From NCBI GenBank assembly GCA_964632485.1, contig CAZWDO010000002.1:186001-250000 (forward strand): a stretch of 64,000 nt of DNA, read 5' to 3'. The notes beneath the pieces were generated by a model that saw nothing but the letters and a program-made list of their open reading frames with translations, had not been told where the DNA came from and did not search any database. Numbering within the stretch: position 1 is the first letter of the stretch; the number at the start of each line of letters is the position of its first letter. The translations under genes were made by a program, and so were the position numbers. Shown one piece after another: positions 30,791 through 41,131 of this stretch. This DNA is from an uncultured bacterium. GTDB lineage: Bacteria > JAGOEH01.

Positions 30791-31466
30791 TATCCGCGCG
30801 AATCTCAATCGAATGAGAGAAACAATTGAACGCGCCGCTCAAACGACGGGACGAAAAATGGAAGATATTATAGTTGTGGCGGTTACGAAAACAGTTCCCA
30901 TCAATAGAATCCAGCAGGCTTACGAGGAAGGAATCCGCCATTTCGGAGAAAATCGCATACAGGAATGGCAGGGGAAATATGAGCATTTTCAGGTATCCGA
31001 GCTGCATTGGCATTTGATTGGACGATTGCAATCCAATAAAATCAATAAAACCCTCGGCCGCTTCGCCCTCATTCAATCGATCGATCGACTGGATCTGGTT
31101 CGCGCTCTTCATGAGCGATTGGAAAAAAACGATCAATATCAGGAAATCCTGTTAGAAGTTAAAACCTCCCGCGAAGATTCCAAATCAGGATTTGAGGTGG
31201 AGTACCTCCATAATCACTGCGCTGAGCTTAAATCGTATAATCGATTGATAATTAAAGGATTAATGACGATTGGCGAAAATTCCGACGATGAACGCATTGT
31301 TCGTTCCTGTTTTGCGTCCTTGCGCGCGCTTTATCAGGAAATTGACCGTATGAAATTGTTTCCCATGACCTATCTTTCAATGGGAATGAGCTATGATTAT
31401 CCATGGGCTATCGCCGAAGGAGCCAATATGGTGCGAATTGGCTCTGCAATTTTTGGCGAACGTTAA
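30780..31466 (+). CDS. yggS: PLP homeostasis protein YggS/PLPBP
   Basis: VAVTKT, FGENRIQE, WHLIGRLQSNK, GLMTI, LSMGMS.D, VRIGSAIFGER. Confidence 0.95.
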   Translation: MAIDIRANLNRMRETIERAAQTTGRKMEDIIVVAVTKTVPINRIQQAYEEGIRHFGENRIQEWQGKYEHFQVSELHWHLIGRLQSNKINKTLGRFALIQSIDRLDLVRALHERLEKNDQYQEILLEVKTSREDSKSGFEVEYLHNHCAELKSYNRLIIKGLMTIGENSDDERIVRSCFASLRALYQEIDRMKLFPMTYLSMGMSYDYPWAIAEGANMVRIGSAIFGER

Positions 31467-31479
31467 GAAAGGGAGTTCT

Positions 31480-31929
31480 ATGAATATTACCCCGCTTGAT
31501 ATCCGTAAAAATCAGTTTAACGGTAAATTTTTTGGCGGTTATAACCGTGAGGAAGTTGATTCCTATCTTGATATTATTGCCGCTGAAATGGAAAATCTTT
31601 ACAAGGAAAACCAGAAAAAAAATCAGCAAATACACGATCTGCAGCAACGCGTCGAAGAGTATCAGCAATTGAAAAGTACCCTGCAGGAAGCCCTGGTAAT
31701 GGCGCAAAAAGCCTCTGATGAGATGCGGGATAATGCTCGTCAACAAGCTCGTTTGATTGTTGAAGAGGCCCAGTTCCAGGCGCGTCAGGCGATTGAATCG
31801 GGTCAAATGCAAATTTCCGGTCTTGAGCAGCATCAGCAACAACTTATCAATGAAAAGGAACGCATCTATTGGGAATTTCATCATACTCTTGCCGCCAGCC
31901 TGAANNNNNNNNNNGCAAGTGACAAATAA
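31480..31929 (+). CDS. divIVA: DivIVA domain protein (3' end uncertain, N-gap at 31905-31914)
   Basis: MNITPLDIRK..F....GY.REEVD.YL followed by a coiled coil; follows yggS. Confidence 0.88.
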   Translation: MNITPLDIRKNQFNGKFFGGYNREEVDSYLDIIAAEMENLYKENQKKNQQIHDLQQRVEEYQQLKSTLQEALVMAQKASDEMRDNARQQARLIVEEAQFQARQAIESGQMQISGLEQHQQQLINEKERIYWEFHHTLAASLXXXXASDK

Positions 31930-31977
31930 TATAAATCCCACTGATTCAAAATCTTCCACATTTGGAGAGATATCAGA

Positions 31978-32688
31978 ATGAAACCAGCCCGTTTCCTGTG
32001 TTTGCTGGATCCGTCGATTCCTTTTTCCCGAAACTCATTCCTGCGCCATGATGATCTGGAAGGTTTGACGATTTGGAAACCTTTGATTGATACGGAACTA
32101 AATGAGATTTTTTTTACATATCCCGATAAGGAGGTCATCCATTATTTGGAACATTCCCTCGCATCTCTGCATCCGATAGGGTTTTTGAGCATCAGCCGGG
32201 CCTATACATTGAACCCGGATTACCCGCTTGATTCCTGGGTATTGATCCAGGATCATATTAATTGGAATCAACACAATCCGATGACGGCCCTTTCTCAGAA
32301 ATCGGGAAAATCAGTTGAATTTCATGATATCAAACAGTTTTATCAGAATCTGGCGCAGCGGGTTGAGCGCAATGCCGGTCCCTGGATTTTCGATGATCGG
32401 CGCGGCACTTTGATTGGTTTTGACTCCCCTTCATTGTTTTCTCCCGCTGAAATTCAATGGTTGCGCGCCAGTGGCGGTGATCTGATTGATTGTTTTACCC
32501 TGCCTTTGATTTTTTGGTGTTTCGCAAATTCAGTCCCTTTGCTCCCATTGGCCTGGATAGCGCAAAATCCCCAAAATCCTTCTCCGCTCCCGTCTTTCGA
32601 TTTTGATTCGTTCTTACACGGGATCAGAGATCTGTTGCCACTTTTTGAAACAAGTACCACTCAACAGGAGGCCTGTTATGACGCCTGA
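31978..32688 (+). CDS. Divergent purine nucleoside phosphorylase-fold protein
   Basis: LNPDY....VLIQDHIN, SPAEIQWLRASGGDLI resemble PNP motifs; catalytic motifs not recognisable. Confidence 0.45.
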   Translation: MKPARFLCLLDPSIPFSRNSFLRHDDLEGLTIWKPLIDTELNEIFFTYPDKEVIHYLEHSLASLHPIGFLSISRAYTLNPDYPLDSWVLIQDHINWNQHNPMTALSQKSGKSVEFHDIKQFYQNLAQRVERNAGPWIFDDRRGTLIGFDSPSLFSPAEIQWLRASGGDLIDCFTLPLIFWCFANSVPLLPLAWIAQNPQNPSPLPSFDFDSFLHGIRDLLPLFETSTTQQEACYDA

Positions 32689-33055
32689 ACAGTTACAAGA
32701 GATTAAGACCATCATCTTACAAAAAAAAGAGGAATTGCTCAGCCAATTGCAAATGTTCTCGGAACACATGGATCAAACTTCAAAAGATTCGTCCGGGGAT
32801 ATCTCCTCCTATTCAATGCACATGGCGGATCATGGCACCGATGCCATCGAGCGTGAGAAAACTTTCTATTTTGCCTCACGGGAAGGTCGTTTTCTGCATC
32901 ATCTAAATGAAGCGCTTGAGCGTATTGAAAAAGGAGTCTATGATGGTAAATGTCAAATTTGCAGTAATGATATCAACTTTGAAAGACTGAAAGCGGTTCC
33001 TCATGCCAGTAAATGTATTGAATGCAAAGAAAAAGAAGAGCGCAACCGGCGCTAA
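32678..33055 (+). CDS. TraR/DksA family C4 zinc-finger protein
   Basis: HMADHGTD, EALERI..G.Y..CQIC...I..ERL.AVP....CIECK. Confidence 0.92.
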   Translation: MTPEQLQEIKTIILQKKEELLSQLQMFSEHMDQTSKDSSGDISSYSMHMADHGTDAIEREKTFYFASREGRFLHHLNEALERIEKGVYDGKCQICSNDINFERLKAVPHASKCIECKEKEERNRR

Positions 33056-33563
33056 ACGATGGATTTTGTGGGGCAGCATCACTTTATTTATGCTGTTTTT
33101 AGATCAAATTTCTAAAATATGGATTCGTGGGCAATTGAAATTGGGTGAAAGTATATCAATTATTGATCCCTGGTTTCGGTTGACTTATGTCGAGAACCGC
33201 CATGCGATTTTTGGACTGAAAATCCCTGTGGAGTGGTTTTTTTTACCAGCGGCTATTATTTCAATTGTGTTGATTATCCATTATCTGTGGCGGTTGGACC
33301 ATGACCAAACCGGCATGGTGGCTGCTTTGGGAATTGTCACCGGAGGCGCTCTCGGCAATATTCTTGATCGGTTTTTGTATAATCAGGTAACCGATTTTAT
33401 CGATATGGGCATTAATGAAAGCTGGCGTTGGTATATTTACAATCTGGCCGATGCGTTTATTCTGATTGGGATTGTGTTTGTTTTTCTGTGTGATTTTCGC
33501 GAGAAAGCTCGCCCTGTCGATAATATAGAATCTGAAAATATATCCAGTGAAGTCGTATCGTGA
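33003..33563 (+). CDS. lspA: Lipoprotein signal peptidase II (start uncertain)
   Basis: LDQISK, N..AIFG, GGALGNILDR, VTDFI, YNLAD. Confidence 0.93.
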   Translation: MPVNVLNAKKKKSATGAKRWILWGSITLFMLFLDQISKIWIRGQLKLGESISIIDPWFRLTYVENRHAIFGLKIPVEWFFLPAAIISIVLIIHYLWRLDHDQTGMVAALGIVTGGALGNILDRFLYNQVTDFIDMGINESWRWYIYNLADAFILIGIVFVFLCDFREKARPVDNIESENISSEVVS

Positions 33564-34549
33564 ATTTTATCATTGAGAGTGAAGAAGAATGTCGTCGGCT
33601 GGATCATTATCTGCCCATGATTTATCCGGAAATTAGCCGTAGCGCGATTCAAAAAATGATTCAGGACGGGCAGATACTCGTCAATAATGAAGTAGTTAAA
33701 TCAGGGTATGCCTTGCGGATCGGCGATGTTATTACCGGAAAAGTCGGACGTTCGCGCGGCTATCGCCTGGAAGCTGAAAATTTGCCGCTTGATATTCTTT
33801 TTGAAGATGACGATTTAATCGTTATCAATAAACAAGCCGGTCTGGTCGTCCATCCGGCCCCCAGTTATACCGGAAGCACTTTGATTAATGCCCTTCTTTA
33901 TCATTGCAATTCACTTTCAAGCGGCTCGGCGCCCGAACGACCTGGTATTGTCCACCGACTGGATCGAGATACCAGCGGTTTAATGATCATCGCTAAGAAT
34001 GATATGATCCACCAGCTTCTTTGTCAGGATTTTAAGGATCGGACCATTGAAAAATTTTACCTGGCTCTGGTCTGGGGTTCTTTTGAAAACAAAGGGGATA
34101 TCATTGACCTACCGATTGGAAGAGATCCTAAAATTCCCAAGAAATTTAAAATTGGCGGATTGCGCCCCAAACCCTCGATCACAATTTGGGAACGGGTGGA
34201 AACATTCGATTTGGTTACTTTATTGAAACTTAAATTAGTAACCGGTAGAACCCATCAAATTCGCGTTCATTTAAGCGGGATGAATCACCCGGTTGTCGGC
34301 GATCTGTTTTATGGCCGTGATTCCCATTATCAAAGCAATATTCCGTCTCTTTTTCGTAAAGATTACCTTCCTGTATTACAACAGGTTACCCGCCAACTAC
34401 TGCATGCCTATGAAGTGATTATTCATCACCCGCGCACCGGTGAGTTGCTATCGTTTCGAGCCCCGTTACCTGTCGATTTCGACCGGATAATTAATCAGTT
34501 ACAGGCAATCTCCACCCGTTTGTATCCACCGGCCAATGATGCCCAATAA
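33560..34549 (+). CDS. rluD: RluA/RluD family pseudouridine synthase with S4 domain
   Basis: RLD.YL, NKQAGLVVHP, GIVHRLDRDTSG, TGRTHQIRVH, LHAY. Confidence 0.92.
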   Translation: MNFIIESEEECRRLDHYLPMIYPEISRSAIQKMIQDGQILVNNEVVKSGYALRIGDVITGKVGRSRGYRLEAENLPLDILFEDDDLIVINKQAGLVVHPAPSYTGSTLINALLYHCNSLSSGSAPERPGIVHRLDRDTSGLMIIAKNDMIHQLLCQDFKDRTIEKFYLALVWGSFENKGDIIDLPIGRDPKIPKKFKIGGLRPKPSITIWERVETFDLVTLLKLKLVTGRTHQIRVHLSGMNHPVVGDLFYGRDSHYQSNIPSLFRKDYLPVLQQVTRQLLHAYEVIIHHPRTGELLSFRAPLPVDFDRIINQLQAISTRLYPPANDAQ

Positions 34550-34636
34550 TGGGGTTCCCTGGCAGGGTAGAAGCGCGATGGCTGGAATTTTTTCTGTTTT
34601 TAAACCTTCTCTCGATTGCCTTTGAGAGGAATTTCA

Positions 34637-35680
34637 ATGAATCCGAATCAAATTCCGCAAATTGAATCGATTTTCCTTGAATTAACGAATGCCTGCAACC
34701 TGCATTGCCAGTTTTGCCCCTCGGACAGGCAGACCCGTTCCCGGACGATCATGCCCAAAGAACTGGCGGTTCGATTGCTGCATGAGGTCCATGATCTCGG
34801 ATTGGAGGGCCACCTGCTTTTTCACGTTATGGGTGAACCCATGCTGCATCCTGATTTTTTTGAAATTCTTGAGCTCAATCAGGAAATTACGGGAATACCT
34901 CCCGAGATTTTGACGAATGGGCTGGTTATTACGCCCGATGTCATCAATCGGCTTCAGCAATTTCCGTTAAAGCAACTCACCCTGAGCTGGCAGGCGATTG
35001 ATGAATCAACGTTCCGCAAATATCGGGGTCCAACTTCCCAATTTACGTATCAGGATTATTATCGGCAAATTATGCCTCTGTTAACGGCCGCCTTTCGTGG
35101 TCGTTTACAATCGCCGCTTGAAATCGACATCATGGTCACCCGCTACGATCATTCCATGGGTATTTATATTGTTGAGTCTTTGGATCAGGCCCGCTGTTTT
35201 GTGAATGAATTGTATGACCGTCTCCGCAATAATATCCCTGATTTGGCTCCTTTTCCTAAAGTGGAGATTTTTCATCTCAGTGGCCATAACGTTTTAACGT
35301 TGTCGGCTCATGTCAATCTGCGCTTTCGTCCCATTCATCCATTCACCGGATTTGATGAATCGGTCGAAAGGCAAGCGACAACCGAACATTTCTGTCATTT
35401 GCCATTTTATCAACTCGTCGTATTAGCCGATGGCCGGGTTACGATGTGTTGCCTCGATTACGATGGCCAGATTGGATTGGGTCATGTCCGCGATTCATCG
35501 CTGGCAGATATTTGGTTTAGCGAAAAAGCATTAAAAATCCGGGAAAAGTTTTTAATCGGTGAAAATATTCCCGCCCTTTGTCGGCGCTGCCAAAAAATTA
35601 CCAAAAAAAGAAACCGGTTTCATTCCAGATATCGCTACTATCTGGATAAATGGCATTTTTTTTTATTAAAAAACTCTTGA
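34637..35680 (+). CDS. Radical SAM protein with C-terminal SPASM/twitch domain
   Basis: ELTNACNLHCQFCP, GEPMLHP, TNG; CHLPF..DG.V..CC.D...C..C. Confidence 0.88.
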   Translation: MNPNQIPQIESIFLELTNACNLHCQFCPSDRQTRSRTIMPKELAVRLLHEVHDLGLEGHLLFHVMGEPMLHPDFFEILELNQEITGIPPEILTNGLVITPDVINRLQQFPLKQLTLSWQAIDESTFRKYRGPTSQFTYQDYYRQIMPLLTAAFRGRLQSPLEIDIMVTRYDHSMGIYIVESLDQARCFVNELYDRLRNNIPDLAPFPKVEIFHLSGHNVLTLSAHVNLRFRPIHPFTGFDESVERQATTEHFCHLPFYQLVVLADGRVTMCCLDYDGQIGLGHVRDSSLADIWFSEKALKIREKFLIGENIPALCRRCQKITKKRNRFHSRYRYYLDKWHFFLLKNS

Positions 35681-35706
35681 CAATTCCCTTTTTTTACATA
35701 TATTAT
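35677..35706 (+). promoter_or_regulatory. Sigma70-type promoter of the TBDR locus
   Basis: TTGACA-N16-TATATT (or N18-TATTAT) about 140 nt before ATG 35845. Confidence 0.55.
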
Positions 35707-35844
35707 TTAAAATGTTTTAACAATGGAGAATTTATGATTCTTTTAAAAGAGTTTTGCAAGGGGGATTGTATGAGCTGAAAGTTGAAGTTTTTAATCGTTA
35801 ACTGTTGATAAAACTCCCAAACCGGAAAGGGGAATGTCACAAAC

Positions 35845-38800
35845 ATGAAAAAGTTATTGTTATTAATTTCCTTTTGTATAACCTTTTTTGTCAGTTACCT
35901 TTTTGCCGGCACGACAGGAAAAATTGCTGGTCGGGTAATTGATGCTGAGACCGGTGAACCGTTGCCGGGCGCCAATGTCATCATGGATGCTATCTGGTTT
36001 GATGATATCGAAGTGGATATGGGAACTAAAGTTGGAGCGGCTTCAGATCCGGATGGATACTATTTTATGATTAATATATCCCCGGGCGAATATAGTCTGA
36101 AAGTCACTATGATGGGTTATGCCGTTACCACTGTGAATAAAGTGAAAGTGGAAATCGATCGTACAACCAATTTGAATTTTTCGTTGAAAATTCAGGCAAT
36201 TGAAGGTGATGCGATTGTCATTACCGCAGATAAAGAAGTTTTAAAGAAAGATTTGGCCTCCAGTCAATCCAATATTTCGGCATCGCAAATTAAGGATTTA
36301 CCCGTGGCCAATATTACGGAAGTTGTTGCCCTTAATGCCGGTTCCGAAGGCATGAGTATTCGTGGCGGCGGTACCGATGAAGTCCAGTTTATGATGGATG
36401 GCGTGGCCTTACGCGACGAACGCACTAACCGTCCCGTAACCGGTTTGGCCCTTAGCTCCGTCCAGGAGATTTTGATCCAGTCGGGCGGTTTCAACGCTGA
36501 ATATGGCGATTTACAAGCGGGTGTCATCAATGTGGTTACCAAGGAAGGCGACGTTAATAAATATTCAGGGACCATTACCTTTAAATATAGCCCCCCGGCG
36601 GCCAAGCATTTTGGTATTTCCGTCTATGACCCGAATTCATATTTCCTGCGCCCCTATCTCGATACCGCAGTTTGTTGGACTGGTACCGCCAATGGCGCCT
36701 GGGACGAGTATCAGCGGGAACAATACCCCGAATTTGACGGTTGGAATACAATTTCTGAAAACACCCTCAAAAATGAAGATCCCTATGATGATGTAACGCC
36801 AGCCGGCGCCCGCCAGTTGTTTATCTGGCAGCATCGCCGCACGGGCTATATTGAAAAACCCGATTATAATATGGATGCCGGTTTTGGCGGCCCGGTACCG
36901 TTTCTCAGCAAGCAGTTGGGTAATCTTCGTTTTTTTACCTCGTTCCGTAATGAGAAAAATATGTATTTAGTGCCCTTCACCCGGGAAGGCTACTATGATT
37001 ACTCCTGGTCGCTCAAAATGACTTCCGATGTCTCTTCTTCCATCAAGCTGACCGGATCGGCTTTTATTAAAAAAATTAATGCCACCTGCGCCAGCCAGGT
37101 CGGCGGTCCCGATTACTACTACAGCCCCGATGGCGTTGCCGAAGATTTTCAGCAATACAGCCAGGCAGAAGATATGATCTGGATGAAGGATTACTGGAAT
37201 AATTCCGATATTACCAACCGTTCGTTCTCGCTGAAAATGACCCATATTTTAAGTCCCAAGACTTTTTATGAAGGAACGTTGGAGTATTCAGACACCAAAT
37301 ACGATACCTATCGCGCCCGGTTACGCGATACGACCCGTTATTATGACATCGGCCTTAATTATAACGTCGATGAAGCGCCCTATGGCCATGATTACCGTTT
37401 AGTTTACAGTAATAACAGCATGCTGATGGGCGTGAAAGCCAATGCCCGCGATTCGACAAAAACCTCGAAGGTTCGCGCCCGTTTTGATGTGACCAGTCAG
37501 ATCAACCGCTTCAACCAGGTTAAAACCGGTCTGGAACTGGTCGCCTATAATTATAAAATGAATTATGGCGGCGAAAACCCGACGCTTCCTTCCGTCATTA
37601 CCTGGAATAAATGGGAACGCAGTCCGTTACAGGCCGCTATCTATATTCAGGATAAGCTGGAATTCGAAGGCTGGATTGCCACCCTCGGCTTACGCGGCGA
37701 ATATCTGAGCCCGGGCGGCCAATTTATCGATATCGACAGTCTCGGCGTCTATAACAAAAAGTATTTCTCAACTGATTATAATACGACCCTGAACTTCCCC
37801 GAAGCTGATGTTAATTCTCGTTTCACACTGCTCCCGCGTCTCGGTATTTCGCACCCGATTACCATTAATTCCAAGATGTATTTCAACTATGGCCACATGC
37901 GTCAGCGTTTTTCACCCGATCAGCTCTATGGAACCCGGCGTTATCTGAGCAACCAGATGAATTATTTCGGCGATCCCGAGCTGCCCCTGGAAAAGACTGT
38001 GGCGTATGAATTAGGTTACGATCATGCCCTGTTTGATGCCTATCTGGTGCACATTGCCGCCTATTACAAGGATAAAACCGAGCAATCATCGACTATTCGT
38101 TATACCAGCGCCGACAACAAGGTTGATTACTACCGCTATAAGAGTAATTACTATCAGGATATCCGCGGCTTTGAATTGGAATTGCGCAAAAATGCCGGTA
38201 AATGGTTTACGGGTTTCTTCAACTATGCCTATATGGTATCCACTTACGGATATTTCGGCTATCGGCGGTACTATGAAAATCCTTCAACCCAGTCGGATTA
38301 TATTCATAATACAGAAAATTTTTATCAAACCAAACCGTTGGCTCGTCCCCGGATTAATTTGAACCTGGCATTCCACACACCGCGTGATTTCGGTCCTAAA
38401 ACTATGGGCCAAAATTTCTTCGGCGGTTGGGACCTGACGTTGACCTCCACCTGGAAAGGCGGAGAATACTTGACCTGGAACCCCGGCAGTCAACCCGGGA
38501 TTGAGAATAACGTTCAATGGGTAGATTATGTAAATTCAGACCTGTTGGTTAATAAAACCCTCTCGGTTAATACCATTCATCTGGCGTTCGTATTGGAAGT
38601 GCAGAATCTTTTTAACCTGAAATACATGACCCGTTACGGGTTTGTGGAAGGTCCCGATTACACGAACTATATGATGTCCCTCCATCTGCCGGAATCGGTC
38701 GGCAACAAGCTTGGCTACGGCAATATCCCCGGTGATGATCGACCCGGAACGTATCGCAAATCGGATGTCGAATACGTTAAAATGATTGGTGTCACCGATG

Positions 38801-39027
38801 TGACCGGTATTACAAATCCCAAATCGAATGCAATTTATTATGAATCCAATACCCAACGTTATCTGGAATTCAGCTCAGAAGCCGGTGAATGGGCGGAAGT
38901 GGCCCAGAGTCGCATCAACCAGATTAAGGAAGATAAGGCGTATATCGACAATCCGAATAATACCTCCTTTATGTTCCTCAATCCCCGCGATATCTATATC
39001 GGTTTACGCTTGTCGTTCGATTTCTAA
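35845..39027 (+). CDS. TonB-dependent outer-membrane receptor with N-terminal carboxypeptidase-regulatory-like domain
   Basis: Signal peptide; GKIAGRVIDAETGEPLPGANV; plug IRGG..E...DG, SGGFNAEYG...GVINVVTK; YIQDKLE, PRLGISHPI; C-terminal GLRLSFDF. Confidence 0.92.
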   Translation: MKKLLLLISFCITFFVSYLFAGTTGKIAGRVIDAETGEPLPGANVIMDAIWFDDIEVDMGTKVGAASDPDGYYFMINISPGEYSLKVTMMGYAVTTVNKVKVEIDRTTNLNFSLKIQAIEGDAIVITADKEVLKKDLASSQSNISASQIKDLPVANITEVVALNAGSEGMSIRGGGTDEVQFMMDGVALRDERTNRPVTGLALSSVQEILIQSGGFNAEYGDLQAGVINVVTKEGDVNKYSGTITFKYSPPAAKHFGISVYDPNSYFLRPYLDTAVCWTGTANGAWDEYQREQYPEFDGWNTISENTLKNEDPYDDVTPAGARQLFIWQHRRTGYIEKPDYNMDAGFGGPVPFLSKQLGNLRFFTSFRNEKNMYLVPFTREGYYDYSWSLKMTSDVSSSIKLTGSAFIKKINATCASQVGGPDYYYSPDGVAEDFQQYSQAEDMIWMKDYWNNSDITNRSFSLKMTHILSPKTFYEGTLEYSDTKYDTYRARLRDTTRYYDIGLNYNVDEAPYGHDYRLVYSNNSMLMGVKANARDSTKTSKVRARFDVTSQINRFNQVKTGLELVAYNYKMNYGGENPTLPSVITWNKWERSPLQAAIYIQDKLEFEGWIATLGLRGEYLSPGGQFIDIDSLGVYNKKYFSTDYNTTLNFPEADVNSRFTLLPRLGISHPITINSKMYFNYGHMRQRFSPDQLYGTRRYLSNQMNYFGDPELPLEKTVAYELGYDHALFDAYLVHIAAYYKDKTEQSSTIRYTSADNKVDYYRYKSNYYQDIRGFELELRKNAGKWFTGFFNYAYMVSTYGYFGYRRYYENPSTQSDYIHNTENFYQTKPLARPRINLNLAFHTPRDFGPKTMGQNFFGGWDLTLTSTWKGGEYLTWNPGSQPGIENNVQWVDYVNSDLLVNKTLSVNTIHLAFVLEVQNLFNLKYMTRYGFVEGPDYTNYMMSLHLPESVGNKLGYGNIPGDDRPGTYRKSDVEYVKMIGVTDVTGITNPKSNAIYYESNTQRYLEFSSEAGEWAEVAQSRINQIKEDKAYIDNPNNTSFMFLNPRDIYIGLRLSFDF

Positions 39028-39055
39028 TTGGTTGAAGAAAAGCAAAGGATAAGTC

Positions 39056-41113
39056 ATGAAATTTAAAAACAGTTTACTCTTATGGACCATGATCTTGTGT
39101 CTGGTCTTTATGCTCACCGGTCAGGCGGCTGAAATCAAATGGATGAAAATTGGCGGTTTGCAGAATTTCTTTTCGGAAATCGGCAATGAATCGGAAGAAT
39201 CCTTTGTGTTGCAGCAGCAATATGGTTGGATGTGGCCGTCATTTTATTCGTTACAGAGCATGCAGTGCGCCCGCGGCATCTGGATTGGATCCATGAACTA
39301 TAATGATCCGGTTTTAGGTCGGTCAATTACCTATAAAGTTGTAAAAAATGGACCACGACCGCTAAAAGGTGAGGAAATGAACGAGTTTATCCCGGTCAGC
39401 GGCGCGTTTAAGCTCTACGGTAAAAAGGATCACTCACTGGTATTGGTGGATGGCGCCGGGGCTTCCGATCTGGCCTATGATGATATCGTTGATATCGTTC
39501 AGGAAGATTTACCCTATGACCGCTACCTGCATACCCAGGTAAATACGTCAATGGGCGTTGAAATGACCCGCAATATTTTTGCGTATTGCAATCCCTATTA
39601 TGACAACATCATTTTCTTTGAATACATTTTCAAAAATACCGGCGTCTATGACATTAATGGCAACAGTTCGCCACAGACCCTGAATGGTGTCTATTTCCAT
39701 TATCAGTATCGATTGGCGATCGCCGAGGAAGGCAACCGTGTGAGTGAATGGGGCATGCCCAATTCATCGCGTTGGGGTGTCTGCACGATCAATGATGCTA
39801 TTCGCAACGATCCCGCCAACCCGACATTACCGATGCGCGCGCAGTTTGCCTGGCATGGCCGCCATTCTCAGTGCGCCTGGGATAATATCGGTTCACCCCA
39901 TTTCAAGGGAACGGCAGCCGATGGGCGCCTGGGTTCGGCCCAATTTATTGGAACGGTAACTCTCCATGCCGACAAATCGGTTTCCGACAGGAATGACGAT
40001 CCTCTGCAGCCGACCACGACTCAGTATATCGAATCGGATGATCCGGTTACAACAGCGGGACAACACGATCAATATAATCCCGATTACAATCAGCAGGCCT
40101 ATAATATCATGAGCGCTGGTCACCCGGCTTTAACCCATGCCCAGGCCGTAGGCGACGGTTTTGTGGACCAATTCGCCAAATCGGGCGGGTATAGTTATGC
40201 TGAAGGTTTCGGCCCTTATACTCTGGCTCCCGGCGACAGTATTCGCATAGTGCTGGCCGATTGCGCCGCTGGTTTGAATTGGTATATGTGCGATTCGATT
40301 GGTAAAATCTGGATGTACGAACGTACACCGTATCTCAAACCCGACGGACAAAGCACGACCAATAAAGATGAATTTAAAAACGCCTGGGTCTATACCGGTA
40401 AAGATTCGCTTTATCAGACGTTTCGTAATGCCCAGGAGGTGATTGACAATAACTTTCTTTTGCCCTCGCCGCCGCCGGCTCCGGATCAGTTTTTGGTTAA
40501 TTCCGGAGGTAATCGCATCAGCCTCGAATGGACAACCAATGCGGAATCCGCTCCCGGTTTTACCGGATATCGCGTTCTCCGCTCCGTAGGTAAAAAAGAT
40601 ACCACATTCCAACAAATTTTCGCTTGTGGCGGTACGACCGGTTATCCGGTAGTGAATTCCTATAATGATACGACAGCGCAACGCGGTGTGATCTATTATT
40701 ACTATGTTGTATCCTATGATAACGGCACAGCGGATTCAAAAGGACGCGAACTCTACAGCAGTCCGTTTTATACTCGCACCAACCAGGGCGCCTATTTACG
40801 TCGGCCACCTGAAGAAGGCCTGGAGAAGATTCGAATTGTCCCCAATCCCTTCAATATTGCTAACCGCAATCTGCAGTTCCCGGGAGAAGGCGATAAAGTG
40901 ATGTTTCTGAACCTGCCTGCCGAATGTAAAATCAAAATTTTTACCGAACGCGGCGATAAGATATGGGAAACAAACCATGCCAACGGTAGCGGCGACGAAG
41001 CCTGGTACTGTATGACTTCGTCCAATCAAATCGTGGTCAGTGGTATTTATATCGTCCATTTTGAAATGCCGGACGGTGAATCCATATTTCGTAAAATGAT
41101 TATTATTCGCTAA
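39056..41113 (+). CDS. Secreted protein with FN3-like domain and short C-terminal sorting domain (TBDR partner)
   Basis: Signal peptide; PSPPPAP...ISLEW...GYRVLRS...YYYYVVSYD; IRIVPNPF..FLNLP..CKIKIFT..SGIYIV..KMIIIR. Confidence 0.75.
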   Translation: MKFKNSLLLWTMILCLVFMLTGQAAEIKWMKIGGLQNFFSEIGNESEESFVLQQQYGWMWPSFYSLQSMQCARGIWIGSMNYNDPVLGRSITYKVVKNGPRPLKGEEMNEFIPVSGAFKLYGKKDHSLVLVDGAGASDLAYDDIVDIVQEDLPYDRYLHTQVNTSMGVEMTRNIFAYCNPYYDNIIFFEYIFKNTGVYDINGNSSPQTLNGVYFHYQYRLAIAEEGNRVSEWGMPNSSRWGVCTINDAIRNDPANPTLPMRAQFAWHGRHSQCAWDNIGSPHFKGTAADGRLGSAQFIGTVTLHADKSVSDRNDDPLQPTTTQYIESDDPVTTAGQHDQYNPDYNQQAYNIMSAGHPALTHAQAVGDGFVDQFAKSGGYSYAEGFGPYTLAPGDSIRIVLADCAAGLNWYMCDSIGKIWMYERTPYLKPDGQSTTNKDEFKNAWVYTGKDSLYQTFRNAQEVIDNNFLLPSPPPAPDQFLVNSGGNRISLEWTTNAESAPGFTGYRVLRSVGKKDTTFQQIFACGGTTGYPVVNSYNDTTAQRGVIYYYYVVSYDNGTADSKGRELYSSPFYTRTNQGAYLRRPPEEGLEKIRIVPNPFNIANRNLQFPGEGDKVMFLNLPAECKIKIFTERGDKIWETNHANGSGDEAWYCMTSSNQIVVSGIYIVHFEMPDGESIFRKMIIIR

Positions 41114-41131
41114 CCTGGTGAGGAGTAAGGC

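Noticed and set aside
34637-35680. Radical SAM/SPASM as a RiPP maturase linked to the TBDR locus
   Set aside because: No precursor peptide or RRE domain seen, and the TBDR has its own promoter
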